A DNA stretch of 64,000 nucleotides from a virus, in IMG/VR virus record IMGVR_UViG_3300046698_000515, positions 9,566 to 73,565 of that record. The stretch is one strand, 5' to 3'. How positions within the stretch are numbered: position 1 is the first letter of the stretch; every line of letters begins with the position of its first letter. The translations under genes and the position numbers were made by a program. Shown here in pieces: positions 47,601-57,600 of the stretch. The notes below the pieces were generated by a model that was not told the DNA's origin, did no database searches, and was given only the letters and a program-made list of their open reading frames with translations.

Positions 47601-48683
47601 CTTTACAAGAAACCATTACCTGTCGAAGAAACTTTTCCTGATTTAGGAAATACTGCACAGAGATATATTGAATTTATCACAAGCGAAAGCTATAAAAAAG
47701 CTGTTGAAAGAATGGAAAGATACTTAGGAATGCAAGCAACAGGTGAGAATTTACCGCAAGCAATCCAACTAATTTTTAGCTCATACATGCAAGTAATACA
47801 ATTTCAACAAGGGCATGAGAAACAATTAGCAAAATTAGCATTGCAAACAGTTTTAGAATTAGAAGAGTTTAAATTATTTAAAGATCTATGTGATAAAGGA
47901 TACATTATAGTCGATGCTCAAATTGACACTCCTAACTTAGATAATGCATTATTACAAAGTGAAAAGCCAAAAGATAAGAAACAGTTGACTAAAACTGAAT
48001 TAGCAAATGTTAAAGCAGCACAACTCTTTACTTCTACGGATGAAAATGTATTGAAGAGGAAGTTTGCTAATATGATTTCACAAGGTAATGCAGTAAATAA
48101 ACTTTATTTGTTTCAATTAGCATCTGATAAGTTAAACGCAATGCATCCTAGATTAGTTAATTTATATGGCATTACTGCATTAGGAGCACAAATAGCGTAT
48201 TATGCACAACCTAATATTAAACTAAGTCGTGAAATGTTAGAAATGGCTCAAGTAGGATCTGAAGAAGTTACTCCTGAAAAGAATGGACCTGAAAAGAATG
48301 GAGTTTATAAGATTACTGCTCGTGCATCACTCTTTCCTTACTTAATTCATGAAATAGTTAAAGGATTTTATGATTATCTGTCAATGGATTTAGTACCTCA
48401 AGAAGAACTAGATAAGGAGACTATTGAGGATGAGATGGTAGATATAATGTCAGGTCCTGAATTATACAGCAAAATAACACAATTTATCCCTCAAGATAAG
48501 AACTACCTCACTCCGCTCGTGTATAAACTACTAATCAACAAACCTATAGCAACTATTAAACAAGTACTATATGGAGGAGGACAGGCCCAGAATATCTATA
48601 AGGCTTTAATAGGTGAAGCAGAAGCAGCAATGAAGAAGTTTAACGAACCAGAAGAACCTACGGATTATAATCCTAAATATTGA
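44625..48683 (+). CDS. polyprotein: module B (LRR), module A', core LIHEIVKG domain
   Basis: Leaders FETFYLLE|S, ITE|AF, FSDFYNERLLLE|FN, ITE|AF; module A' homologous to ORF 42893. Confidence 0.85.
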   Translation: MGTINFETFYLLESVFDDAYTHWKIEAGVDPSGITGDTIEEYIDTFKILKQRNFLKGSEADISPWIKKPFSDFKAFVDAKSKQHEQKSAIKRTEGDIERVFENEFCTIVCPNTFEASKKYGAGTKWCISGNVIQHWKSYTEKGTKFYFILPKNNTHKLAVAVYQNNSSKEVYNELDQTISIQKFTALLKQYAIPKTVLFTNEMDWDKWLLQHKHTINPDGSVDIDGDMNLSEMKLKELPFKFGKVTGNFYCYSNQLTSLQGAPSKVRGDFYCSYNQLTSLQGAPSEVRGDFYCHCNQLTSLQGAPSEVRGDFYCSDNQLTSLQGAPSEVGGVFYCNYNQLTSLQGAPSEVRGDFYCSDNQLTSLQGAPSKVRGDFYCHSNQLTSLQGAPSEVRGDFYCFSNPKLKQADIDKLKQFYKNQKMKKKNITEAFELGDKPDMFHSSRQKLYKKPLPVEETFPDLGDTTKMKNFSDFYNERLLLEFNDVTVKKLIEKFKTEQNSLSNENILYYLQRFEQLKNSTKFVELIKDKFPEITIQNDIFQYTFKQLEYGVDQFPKNNTLQQALQQVSPQQNLILLGENEGLKVYYAKNEQGCIEVNSGVFGNTKPYSFCVTRKHNGMYGSYRYGKHESSFYFLYDSTLRVTDIKHLLVIQVTKCKTFILTYANNTYNEEITLEELLKIQPKLAPIINLLTHQKYNAEEAIAKWVANHEYYSSMRTYEEKKMWLEMRPRGLILQDFKTLPDDLKNLWCNVYDDGTFSYININEIFKYIFLHEPALTKRFLQRFYRHEFHKLCFEELEKILPANLKQEVKENYFGKENLEKINTLTDPIELFELLAKLNYATLNYDTVNSKFPKISIIRNNKKLVNKRAAIETDYNKIEKYLPSIIQRNINNIKGKFNIKFNKIYLIPNKPSRYDISPAWLYYILGTTKKGKDVLYYRRQGINPQSTFSKFFINDKMYKLVNLFNKDNFEQMKKITEAFELGDKPDMFHSSRQKLYKKPLPVEETFPDLGNTAQRYIEFITSESYKKAVERMERYLGMQATGENLPQAIQLIFSSYMQVIQFQQGHEKQLAKLALQTVLELEEFKLFKDLCDKGYIIVDAQIDTPNLDNALLQSEKPKDKKQLTKTELANVKAAQLFTSTDENVLKRKFANMISQGNAVNKLYLFQLASDKLNAMHPRLVNLYGITALGAQIAYYAQPNIKLSREMLEMAQVGSEEVTPEKNGPEKNGVYKITARASLFPYLIHEIVKGFYDYLSMDLVPQEELDKETIEDEMVDIMSGPELYSKITQFIPQDKNYLTPLVYKLLINKPIATIKQVLYGGGQAQNIYKALIGEAEAAMKKFNEPEEPTDYNPKY
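45363..45827 (+). repeat. 63-bp (21-aa) LRR tandem repeat, 7.4 copies
   Basis: GDFYCxxNQLTSLQGAPSEVR. Confidence 0.95.
45906..46007 (+). repeat. 102-bp direct repeat, copy 1
   Basis: Identical to 47547-47648. Confidence 0.95.
47547..47648 (+). repeat. 102-bp direct repeat, copy 2
   Basis: Identical to 45906-46007. Confidence 0.95.
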
Positions 48684-49315
48684 CCAGGGTGATCGTATTT
48701 TTCTAAATCATGTTTAAATAACTGATTTAATGGACCATCAGGATCATATGTTGTTTGTAATGTCCAAGTTCCTTTTCTACCAGTATAAATTTTTGTTGCA
48801 ATAGTATCTTCACCACTTCCCCAGGCATAATTTGCATTTTGTGCAGCTTGTGCTCCAAATTTTTTCTTAATTATCGTTTCTTGTGCCTTACATACTCTAT
48901 TTTGTAATTCCATATCATGTTCATCTGGTTCATCTTCTGGAACAGAAGTTGGAATTTTTTCTTTGAGAGGTTTTTTGCTTCGATAATAAGCTTCAAATAT
49001 TTTAACAGATTCACCTAACGCTCCATAAGAAGGGCCATTATGTTCATTTTCAATTCCTGGTGATTGAGGCGGAACTTTCTTACTTAAAGGAGTTTTAATA
49101 ATACTTTGTTGTGCTTCAGGGCTACCGGATGCTTTTGTGACAAAATCCAATATCATTTTAAATATTTTTTCAAGTTCAGTAGAACCACCCTCTCCTTCTT
49201 CTTGAGGATTATTCATGTCACTAGGAAAGCTTCCTGGATTTGCTTCTGTAAAAAGTTTATCAGGTATATTAGCTTTTTTGTAAGCTTCAAATATTAAATG
49301 TGATTCATTATTCAT
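48665..49315 (-). CDS. LIFEAY-leader protein
   Basis: MNNESHLIFEAY; second internal KIFEAY. Confidence 0.8.
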   Translation of the reverse strand: MNNESHLIFEAYKKANIPDKLFTEANPGSFPSDMNNPQEEGEGGSTELEKIFKMILDFVTKASGSPEAQQSIIKTPLSKKVPPQSPGIENEHNGPSYGALGESVKIFEAYYRSKKPLKEKIPTSVPEDEPDEHDMELQNRVCKAQETIIKKKFGAQAAQNANYAWGSGEDTIATKIYTGRKGTWTLQTTYDPDGPLNQLFKHDLEKYDHPGQYLGL

Positions 49316-49890
49316 TTAATTGTATAACCAAGTTCTTTACAAGCATATTTAGCAGTTCTGATAGCATCTTGTCCTTCCAACCCTAACCTATGTGCTTTAT
49401 CAATAGCTAAAGTCCAACAATTTTCAGATTCACTGCCACCTTCAGCTGATGCATCTGCTAAAAACCTTTCAACATGTCGAATGATTTTATTAACATGAAA
49501 AACATTGATACAACGAGACATACCTGGATCACGAATTACAATTGTACGCCTAGACCCTGGAAATTTTATCCGGTCACCAACTCGAGAAACTCGATAATTT
49601 ATTGGTTTTGCTGAACGTAAACTAGCTCGTCCACTTTTTATTATTTGTAAAAGACCGGAAAGACTTATTTCTTTGTTTATGTCTGTTTCTAATTCTCTAA
49701 TTGTAACAACTCCATTTTGATTAGCATCAATAGTATAATCATGACCTAACATTAAAAGCTGATAACCTGGTCTAATATTTGATTCAGTTTGTTTATCTAC
49801 CATTTTTGGTTGTTTATCCCAAGATCTCGGCACATCTATTGCTTCTTTAATATAAGCTTCAAATATAAGATGTGTGTCATTATTCATCAT
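49312..49890 (-). CDS. LIFEAY-leader protein
   Basis: MNNDTHLIFEAYIKE. Confidence 0.8.
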   Translation of the reverse strand: MMNNDTHLIFEAYIKEAIDVPRSWDKQPKMVDKQTESNIRPGYQLLMLGHDYTIDANQNGVVTIRELETDINKEISLSGLLQIIKSGRASLRSAKPINYRVSRVGDRIKFPGSRRTIVIRDPGMSRCINVFHVNKIIRHVERFLADASAEGGSESENCWTLAIDKAHRLGLEGQDAIRTAKYACKELGYTIK

Positions 49891-50141
49891 GATGGCTTGT
49901 AATTTATTTGTGCGTTATTTGTAAAAGCTGTTATTACATTTCCTTCTTGTTTAACAAGTGAAAGAATAACTAATGCTTTAATGAATGGTGTAACATCTTT
50001 TCCAGAAAAGTTTTTTAAAAGATTAGCAACATCAGTTGATTTGTGCCGCTGAATGAAATTAAAAATAGTTTGTAAAGTGAAGAGTACATCGTTTGCTCCA
50101 CCATTATATGCTTCAAATATTAAACGAGAATCATTATTCAT
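49887..50141 (-). CDS. LIFEAY-leader protein
   Basis: MNNDSRLIFEAY. Confidence 0.8.
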   Translation of the reverse strand: MNNDSRLIFEAYNGGANDVLFTLQTIFNFIQRHKSTDVANLLKNFSGKDVTPFIKALVILSLVKQEGNVITAFTNNAQINYKPS

Positions 50142-50144
50142 AAA

Positions 50145-50495
50145 TTATTGTTGACGTGTTCCATTTCCAGGTTGTAAAGTTGTATTAGTATTTGCTATTG
50201 GAGGTTGAGAAGCTGCAGCACCAGGAGCTCTATCATCACGCTGATTAGTTATTTGAGTTGTATCTAAACCATATTTTGAAACTAATCTATCAACTTCTGC
50301 ATCAGGCATAGTTGAAACATTTCCAAGAAAAGGAGCAAGTCCAAGTTCAACACATTTTTTACCAAACACTTCTAAGCGACGTCGAGCATCAAACATTCCA
50401 TTTTCATTTGGTGAATATTGAATACTAAAGAGTTTAGCATCATGAAACCTACTATCTTGATATGCTTCAAATATTAGATATGAATCTTTATTCAT
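50145..50495 (-). CDS. LIFEAY-leader protein
   Basis: MNKDSYLIFEAY. Confidence 0.8.
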   Translation of the reverse strand: MNKDSYLIFEAYQDSRFHDAKLFSIQYSPNENGMFDARRRLEVFGKKCVELGLAPFLGNVSTMPDAEVDRLVSKYGLDTTQITNQRDDRAPGAAASQPPIANTNTTLQPGNGTRQQ

Positions 50496-50498
50496 GAA

Positions 50499-51659
50499 TT
50501 ATTGCGGGCCTTCCAAAGGAGGAATGTTAGTTTTAGAAACTGGACCTTCCACTTCAACTGCTTGAGCTTCAGGTTCATTTTTAACTGGTGTTAATTGATA
50601 ACCTGAAATTGCATACATTGTTCTACCATCTTCAAAAGTTATATCATAATATTCATAATCTTTATCTGGTTCATCACCTTCAGCAGCACATTGACATGCA
50701 CAACAATCAATAGTAGCTATTTTTCCTTCATATTGTTCTAGTACTTCTTGCCAATTTTTAATATCACTTTCTTTTCCAGGATGATCATTAGAAGAAGGTT
50801 CGTCAAAAGGACTATCATCACCAAATTCAGAAGATGAAATATCATTCATGTTAAAAGTTACCTTTGTTCCATCAGGAATTGCTTGTCTTGATCCTTCATT
50901 TCCTTCACCCGGATCACCTTCCGCAGCACTAGAAACAAGAGAATGTAATTGTTTTTCTTCCTTTGGGGTATACGGTGTTTGCCCAGGTATCATTTTATAA
51001 TCTTCTTTGTACATATGTTTATATGCTTCGAATATACATGATTCATCGTTTTTATTCAACGAAACATTTTCTCTGAATTTGTGAAGTTTTGTTTTAGGAA
51101 TGTTACCTGCCCCGGTTTTTTTGTCATTCCATTTCTTTCCATGGGGAAGAACTACATTCTTATTATGAAGGTGTCTATCATCATTTTCACCAATACCAGT
51201 TTGACGTTCTTGAGTATAATTAATTTCACCCCCTTTAGCCTTTTTAGCATCTATTTCAGTAGGCTTAATCTGTGTTGAATCTTTACGACGTTTATTTTCT
51301 GGAACTTTTGTAAGATTAATTCCTGTATAAACACGTGTGAGAAGTTTTGTAGGCACGGTCATGAAGTCAATATATAACCCAGGAGCAGTCTCACGAGTTA
51401 TATCAGCCAAATTTGCTAATTCGTTCTCATAATTACCATAACTACCTTGAACAGAAGTTGGCCATGCTTTGGTTGCACTTATACGTAGAGTGTCACCTGA
51501 TGTAATAAATTCTTGAATCTTATTAGCATAGTCAGGATTTTCTTGTACCCATGAATTTTTTTCCCAACCTTTTTTAAAATTAACGGGATCACCAGTTAAA
51601 AATGCACTTCGTTGAAAACGAACCATTGTTGATTCTAATAGTTTAGTAAATTTTGACAT
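50499..51659 (-). CDS. late protein with an internally fused LIFEAY module
   Basis: MSKFTKLLE|S; internal NKNDESCIFEAY; CATAAATA upstream. Confidence 0.8.
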   Translation of the reverse strand: MSKFTKLLESTMVRFQRSAFLTGDPVNFKKGWEKNSWVQENPDYANKIQEFITSGDTLRISATKAWPTSVQGSYGNYENELANLADITRETAPGLYIDFMTVPTKLLTRVYTGINLTKVPENKRRKDSTQIKPTEIDAKKAKGGEINYTQERQTGIGENDDRHLHNKNVVLPHGKKWNDKKTGAGNIPKTKLHKFRENVSLNKNDESCIFEAYKHMYKEDYKMIPGQTPYTPKEEKQLHSLVSSAAEGDPGEGNEGSRQAIPDGTKVTFNMNDISSSEFGDDSPFDEPSSNDHPGKESDIKNWQEVLEQYEGKIATIDCCACQCAAEGDEPDKDYEYYDITFEDGRTMYAISGYQLTPVKNEPEAQAVEVEGPVSKTNIPPLEGPQ

Positions 51660-51763
51660 ACAGTTTTGTTGTAATTATTTATGGAAAATACTAGTTAAAA
51701 ACTTAAACATTCATCTTAATTTAGAGTTGTTATTAATACTTTTACCAATAAATACTTATTGCC

Positions 51764-52285
51764 ATGGGTGCTATTAAGCTTGACACATTAAAACAGATTA
51801 ACTCAGTATCTAATCAGAACTCTGTTGATCAAAATGTAATACCAGCTGTCCAATACAGTTATCAAGATGTATCACTTGATTTAACAGTGGGTAATATATT
51901 TGGTAATATAGTAGTAAATCCAGGAATAGATTTAACTGATATCAAAGTAAGCTATGATTATGCTGCAATTATTAATTCAATTGAAAATATTTTTAATAGT
52001 ATGCCTGGACAATGGCTCTTAAATCCAGCATTAGGAATTGGTTTACCACAATTTTTATTCCAACCTATTGATCAACATGTTGGTGAACAAATAGCACAAG
52101 CGATTATTCAAAATTTAACAACTTATGAACCTCGTTGCACTATTAGAAAAATACAAGTACAGGGTGATCCTGACAATAATCTTTATACAATTACCCTTGC
52201 ACTTCAGTTAATTTCTGTAAGTAATTCTAATATGACTTTAAAAGGTGTTCTAAATAGTAACTCATTTAAATTTACCTCAATATAA
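51764..52285 (+). CDS. baseplate wedge protein gp25-like
   Basis: AIINSIENIF..PG...NP..G..L..FLF.P...YEPR. Confidence 0.85.
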   Translation: MGAIKLDTLKQINSVSNQNSVDQNVIPAVQYSYQDVSLDLTVGNIFGNIVVNPGIDLTDIKVSYDYAAIINSIENIFNSMPGQWLLNPALGIGLPQFLFQPIDQHVGEQIAQAIIQNLTTYEPRCTIRKIQVQGDPDNNLYTITLALQLISVSNSNMTLKGVLNSNSFKFTSI

Positions 52286-52289
52286 CAAT

Positions 52290-52853
52290 ATGGCAAGAAA
52301 AACAAAACAATGTTCACAGTGCAAAAAAATAAAGAAGATTTCTTCTTTTAATTGGTGTGTGTATAAAAATGGACAACAATATCCTCAAGCTAGATGTAAA
52401 ATATGTAATTCTGCAAGCTCAACAAAATGGATAAAAGAACATTTGTTAAATGAAAATCCAGATATCGCTTTAAAAGCTACTATAAATCAATTGTTTTACT
52501 ATTCAAAAACAAACGCCTATAATAAAAAACTTGATTTTAATCTAACAACAGAATTTCTATTAGAATTATACAAAAAACAAAATGGAAAATGTTTTTATAC
52601 AGGAGCTCAAATGAAATTAAATGGCATAGGGCTTAATAAAGATCCTCTTTATATATCATTAGACAAAGTAACCCCAGAACTTGGATATATTCAAGGTAAC
52701 GTTGTATTTTGTTGTCTCGGTATAAATTATTTAAAAGGTGTTCATAGTGTAGATGTATTATATAATACATTATTTACATTTTTTGATGGATGTATAATCA
52801 CAAATAAATTACCAGAAATCATAAAGGAAAAATTAGAATGTCACAACAATTAA
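52290..52853 (+). mobile_element. homing endonuclease-like (His-Cys/HNH)
   Basis: CSQC..CKIC; KQNGKCFYTG, ISLDK..GYIQGNV..CC..N; inserted between gp25 and gp6. Confidence 0.75.
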
Positions 52854-54670
52854 CAGACTTTACATTACCAACCGATGTATATGCAACGTTTGATGCAGTA
52901 TCATTAAAGCGATTAATAATTGATCGTTTAAATCAAACTAGTTTCTTCACAGATCAAAACTATGCAGGAAGTAATATTACTTCACTGATTGATATATTTT
53001 CTTTTAGTTATCATATATTACTCTATTTTTTAAATCAGACCAGTAGTGAAGCAATTTTTACTGAAGCACAACTTTATGAAAACATAAATCGAATTGTTAA
53101 AGCAATCGATTACAATCCAGTTGGTACCCAAACGAGTAATTTGACATTTACTGTATCGACTATAAATCCTAATACTACTGTTAGCACTTATACCATTCCA
53201 AGATATTCATTTATTAATACAAATGGCATGATATATTCGTTAAATGCTGATACTACTTTCACATATACTACATCTGGCATTCAACCTATTTTAGATTTAG
53301 GTAATTCAAATCTTCTATATCAAGGATTTTTTACTGAGTATCCTATTATAAATGCAACTGGTGAATCATTTGAGACTATTGTTTTACTTCCAGGTAGTGA
53401 TGTAATAGTTGATCATTTTAGTATCGATGTTTATATTAATCCAGTAGCAACTAGTACATGGGAACAATGGACAAGAACTTCTTCTCTATATCTTGAAGAT
53501 GCAGGTGCAAAAAAATATGAAGTACGCTTAAATGAAAATAAACATTACGAAATAAAATTTGGAAATGGTATAATTGGTGCACAATTAAATCCAGGAGATC
53601 AAATTGCTGTTTATTATTTAAAAAGTGAAGGTGCAGCAGGTCAAGTAGGTATTAATGCTATTAATAGTTCTTCAATGGTCCTTTATTCAACACCTCAATT
53701 TTTACAAATTTTTGATGATATATGTGATCAAAACACATTATACGTAACTGATACTCAAGTTAATTCATTAGTATTTGCAAATACAAATACATCAAGTCAA
53801 TTCTTTTCTGGCGAAACAGTTGAAGATATTCGTCAACGAGCACCAAAAGTTTTCACATCACAATATCGTTTAGTAACTACAAGTGATTATGAAAACTTTA
53901 TTATTCAAAATTATGGAAATATTATAGCAGATGTTCAAGTAGTTAACAATTGGAAATATATAGACGGACATATGAAATATTTGCTTGATACGTTACAATT
54001 ATCAACACCAAATGGTAATCCGAATATTTTGCTTAATAATATTCTCTTTGCTGATACTTGCAATTTTAATAACGTTTACATATATGCAGCACCAATTCAA
54101 GGTGCTGCCAATAGTGCAACTATTCGTACCAATTATTTAACATCAGCACAGAAAAAGAGTATTATTATTGCTATAAAAGACATTAAAACAATTACTACTG
54201 AAACGTTAATAATGGATCCAGTTTATATTGCAGTTGATCTTGGTACTTTAGATACTAATGAAGAATTAAATACATCAGTTGCAGATAACACTCAATTAGT
54301 TATTAATCGTGGAAGTGATTCAACAAGTAATGTAACTTCTATTCAAAATGCAGCTTATAATATTTTGTTAAATTATTTTCAAGCAAGTTCTTTAGGACAA
54401 ACACTTGATATTACAAGTATTATAAACAGCATTCTTAGTCTTAATGGAGTAACATCAATTTATACTCAACGAATTGATAATCCGAGTATTAGAACGATTG
54501 GATTAAGTTTACTTTTATGGAACCCTATTTATCCAGATTTAGATATAACTATTACATCGTCAAATATAACATTCCCGTATTTTAAATATCCTTATCTTTT
54601 TGACACAACAAAATTATTAAACAAAATAGTAGTAGTTACAGAACCTTCTACTGAAAATACTAGAACCTAA
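52838..54670 (+). CDS. baseplate wedge protein gp6-like
   Basis: FTDQNY.GSN, IKFGNG..G, ETVEDIRQRAP..F.SQYRLVT..DYE. Confidence 0.88.
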   Translation: MSQQLTDFTLPTDVYATFDAVSLKRLIIDRLNQTSFFTDQNYAGSNITSLIDIFSFSYHILLYFLNQTSSEAIFTEAQLYENINRIVKAIDYNPVGTQTSNLTFTVSTINPNTTVSTYTIPRYSFINTNGMIYSLNADTTFTYTTSGIQPILDLGNSNLLYQGFFTEYPIINATGESFETIVLLPGSDVIVDHFSIDVYINPVATSTWEQWTRTSSLYLEDAGAKKYEVRLNENKHYEIKFGNGIIGAQLNPGDQIAVYYLKSEGAAGQVGINAINSSSMVLYSTPQFLQIFDDICDQNTLYVTDTQVNSLVFANTNTSSQFFSGETVEDIRQRAPKVFTSQYRLVTTSDYENFIIQNYGNIIADVQVVNNWKYIDGHMKYLLDTLQLSTPNGNPNILLNNILFADTCNFNNVYIYAAPIQGAANSATIRTNYLTSAQKKSIIIAIKDIKTITTETLIMDPVYIAVDLGTLDTNEELNTSVADNTQLVINRGSDSTSNVTSIQNAAYNILLNYFQASSLGQTLDITSIINSILSLNGVTSIYTQRIDNPSIRTIGLSLLLWNPIYPDLDITITSSNITFPYFKYPYLFDTTKLLNKIVVVTEPSTENTRT

Positions 54671-57600
54671 TGAGTACAGCAACTATATCTCCTGGTTTAG
54701 CTGGATATACTGGAAATATATCAGTATTTCAGTTTACATCTTATCTAGACCCGTCTTCTGATCAAACTCGAGTTCTTTGGGATTTTGGAGATGGTACTTA
54801 TTCTACAACTCCTGTTGCAAGTCATGTTTATAATTGGCCTGGTATTTATACTGTTAATTTAACAACATATGGTTCAGGTGGAACTGTTTATCAAAATACG
54901 TTTACTCAAAATATTTCTATCCAAAATCTTATTCCAGATATAATAACTGTTTCACCTAATATAATAATTAATATTCCTGCTGGACGTCTTTCACTTCCTC
55001 TTTATGCTACTCGTCAGAATAGTTGGCAATCATATCCTGCTGTTTCGGCTGACGGTTATACATTTAATTTTTTTGTTAGTGGTTCACTTTCTAATAAACT
55101 TAATTTAAATAATCTTCCAACATCAAAATGGGCACACATTGATAGAACTTGGAGATTTGTTGTATCAGCAACTACATTAGATGGAGATATACAATATTTA
55201 CCTGTCGATAATATTGTTACTTCAAATACTGAAATATACTATAAAAATGTAAACCAACAAAATGTAAACCAACAGCCAGTTCGTTGTAATGCAACAGATT
55301 TGAGCGCTGTATTTGTTGGTACATCAGGTATAGCAACTTTTTATTATATTGATGATACGCCAAAAAATTATGATTCAACTGTACCACCAGTTTTCTTTTA
55401 CATAAGTCTTGATACTACAAAATTTCCTGATTCATATCAAGTTATAACATCTCAAATTGCTCAAAATACTTTTTATCCTGAACTTGAATTATTTCAACAC
55501 ATAAAGGGAGTTATTTCTGCACGTATAAGATATAATGCAGCTGGTGAATTAATTTTCACAAGTTGCGGATTAACAGAAATACCTATATCACAACATAAAT
55601 GGCAAAATACTGAAATTCCATTTTTTATTAATTTTGTTGATGAAACTGGTGCTATCGTTGTTAATTATCCACCACTTACTATCAATACAAATTCTCAATC
55701 AAGTTCAGCTTTAGATGTAGTTAATTTACAATTAGTTGATAGTAATTACAATCCAATTTCAGCTGATTTTTTTACTACAGTAGATGAACAATTACCTCCT
55801 TCTATATCTGGTACATTTAGAGGATATTTTATTCCTTATGAAATTGCTGATGGTGCTACTCTTCTAGGTAGTGTTACTGTTTTTAATCCACCAAGTATTC
55901 AATTTGATACAACTGTAGGATGGGTTGCATATCCAGATACAGATACCATTTTTAAAGTAACATCTGAAGAATCATCATTTTATACATACACATCAGCAGG
56001 TCCTCAACTTAATTTATCAAAACAAGAAACTGATACATATACATCTAATAAACTGGAAAGTATTTTAGCAATTGCTGTAGCACCAAGTGCATCACCTGAT
56101 ATAAGTGTCGATCCTTATATTTGGCTCGGTGATTCAAATAGTGATACATTAATAAAATTTAGTACACAAGGACAAATTTTAAATACTATTTCTTTAGACA
56201 CACTTTTAAATGCAAATAGTGATGATAAATTTTCTCCTTCTTATATCTCATTAGATGTCAATAATAATATTTGGGTTACATTATATGATCATGCAGAGAC
56301 TATTAAAATAGATGTTAATACAGGTAATTTGCTATTAACAGTAGTTCCATCAGTTACAAATGTTAGTTTTACATCTGCTAATATTACTAATACGTTTGGT
56401 GGTAGCAATCTTGTTGAACCAGGTATTGTTGATGTTGATCTCGAAAATAATCCATGGATATGTTATACTCATCCATTATGTGCCTTTATTGAAAAATATG
56501 ATGGAACAACTGGCTCTATTTTAAGTACTTATCCGCTTCCTCAAGGAGTATCACCTACGGATATGGTAATTGACCAATTCAATAATGTCTATGTTATTGC
56601 TGGATTTTTTACTTCAATAAATCCAGAAACGTTTACTATTGTTTCACCAATTACAGCACAAAAATTATTAAAAGTAAATGATAATTTTGGGCAATTTCAA
56701 TTTACTTTTAACACATCGATTTCAAGTTTTCTAACAAGCGGATATCACTATACTTTTACTGCTAATAATCTCTCTGATTCTTATTATAATGGTACTCATT
56801 TAGTAGAATCTATAAGTGGTAATAGTATTACTGTTGAACCTCATCCTATGGCTTACGAATTTGCAAGTACTGTAAGCGTTAGTGTAAGTTCATTTAATCC
56901 ATTATTGTCAGCATCACAAGGTACACTATCATCAACATTTACTTGTTCAGATAGACTATATAAAATAACTCCAAACGGAGTTATGAATATGATAGATGGA
57001 TTCTATGCACCATCTTATATTACAGTTGATATTTCTCAAAATGTTTGGATATCGCATTGCTTAACTCGAATAAGCAAAGTTAACGTAAATACCAATTATA
57101 TCTCAACTAATTTTACAGTTGGTTCTACAGAATACGTATTAGAAACAGTACAGGAAAGTAATTATATTATTAACGATCCGACAAACTTTTTAATTCGATT
57201 ATTAGTTGATAATCCCCATGATCGAGTATTTCAACACATTGAAGGTATCACTTGTGATACATTTGGTATTTTATGGGTTATTAATGATTTTGAAGGAAGG
57301 ATGTATTATATACCAACAGATAATCTTACTATATCAGCTACTATTACAACTGATTTTCCTCCACCTCTTTCTGGAGATTATGATTTTTTAACTCGTAAGA
57401 CATATCAAGCATTTGGAGATTGGAATGGAATGCGTTGGATAAATAAATATTCAGGAGTGGAAACAATTCAAACATTAAGTGGATCTACTACGTTTGATAT
57501 TCTTCCTGCATCTGGGTTATATACTATTGCAAAAATAAATGAAGATTTTGATGCATCTGAAATGTATAAATCACTTCGTTATACAGATCGATTACTTAAT

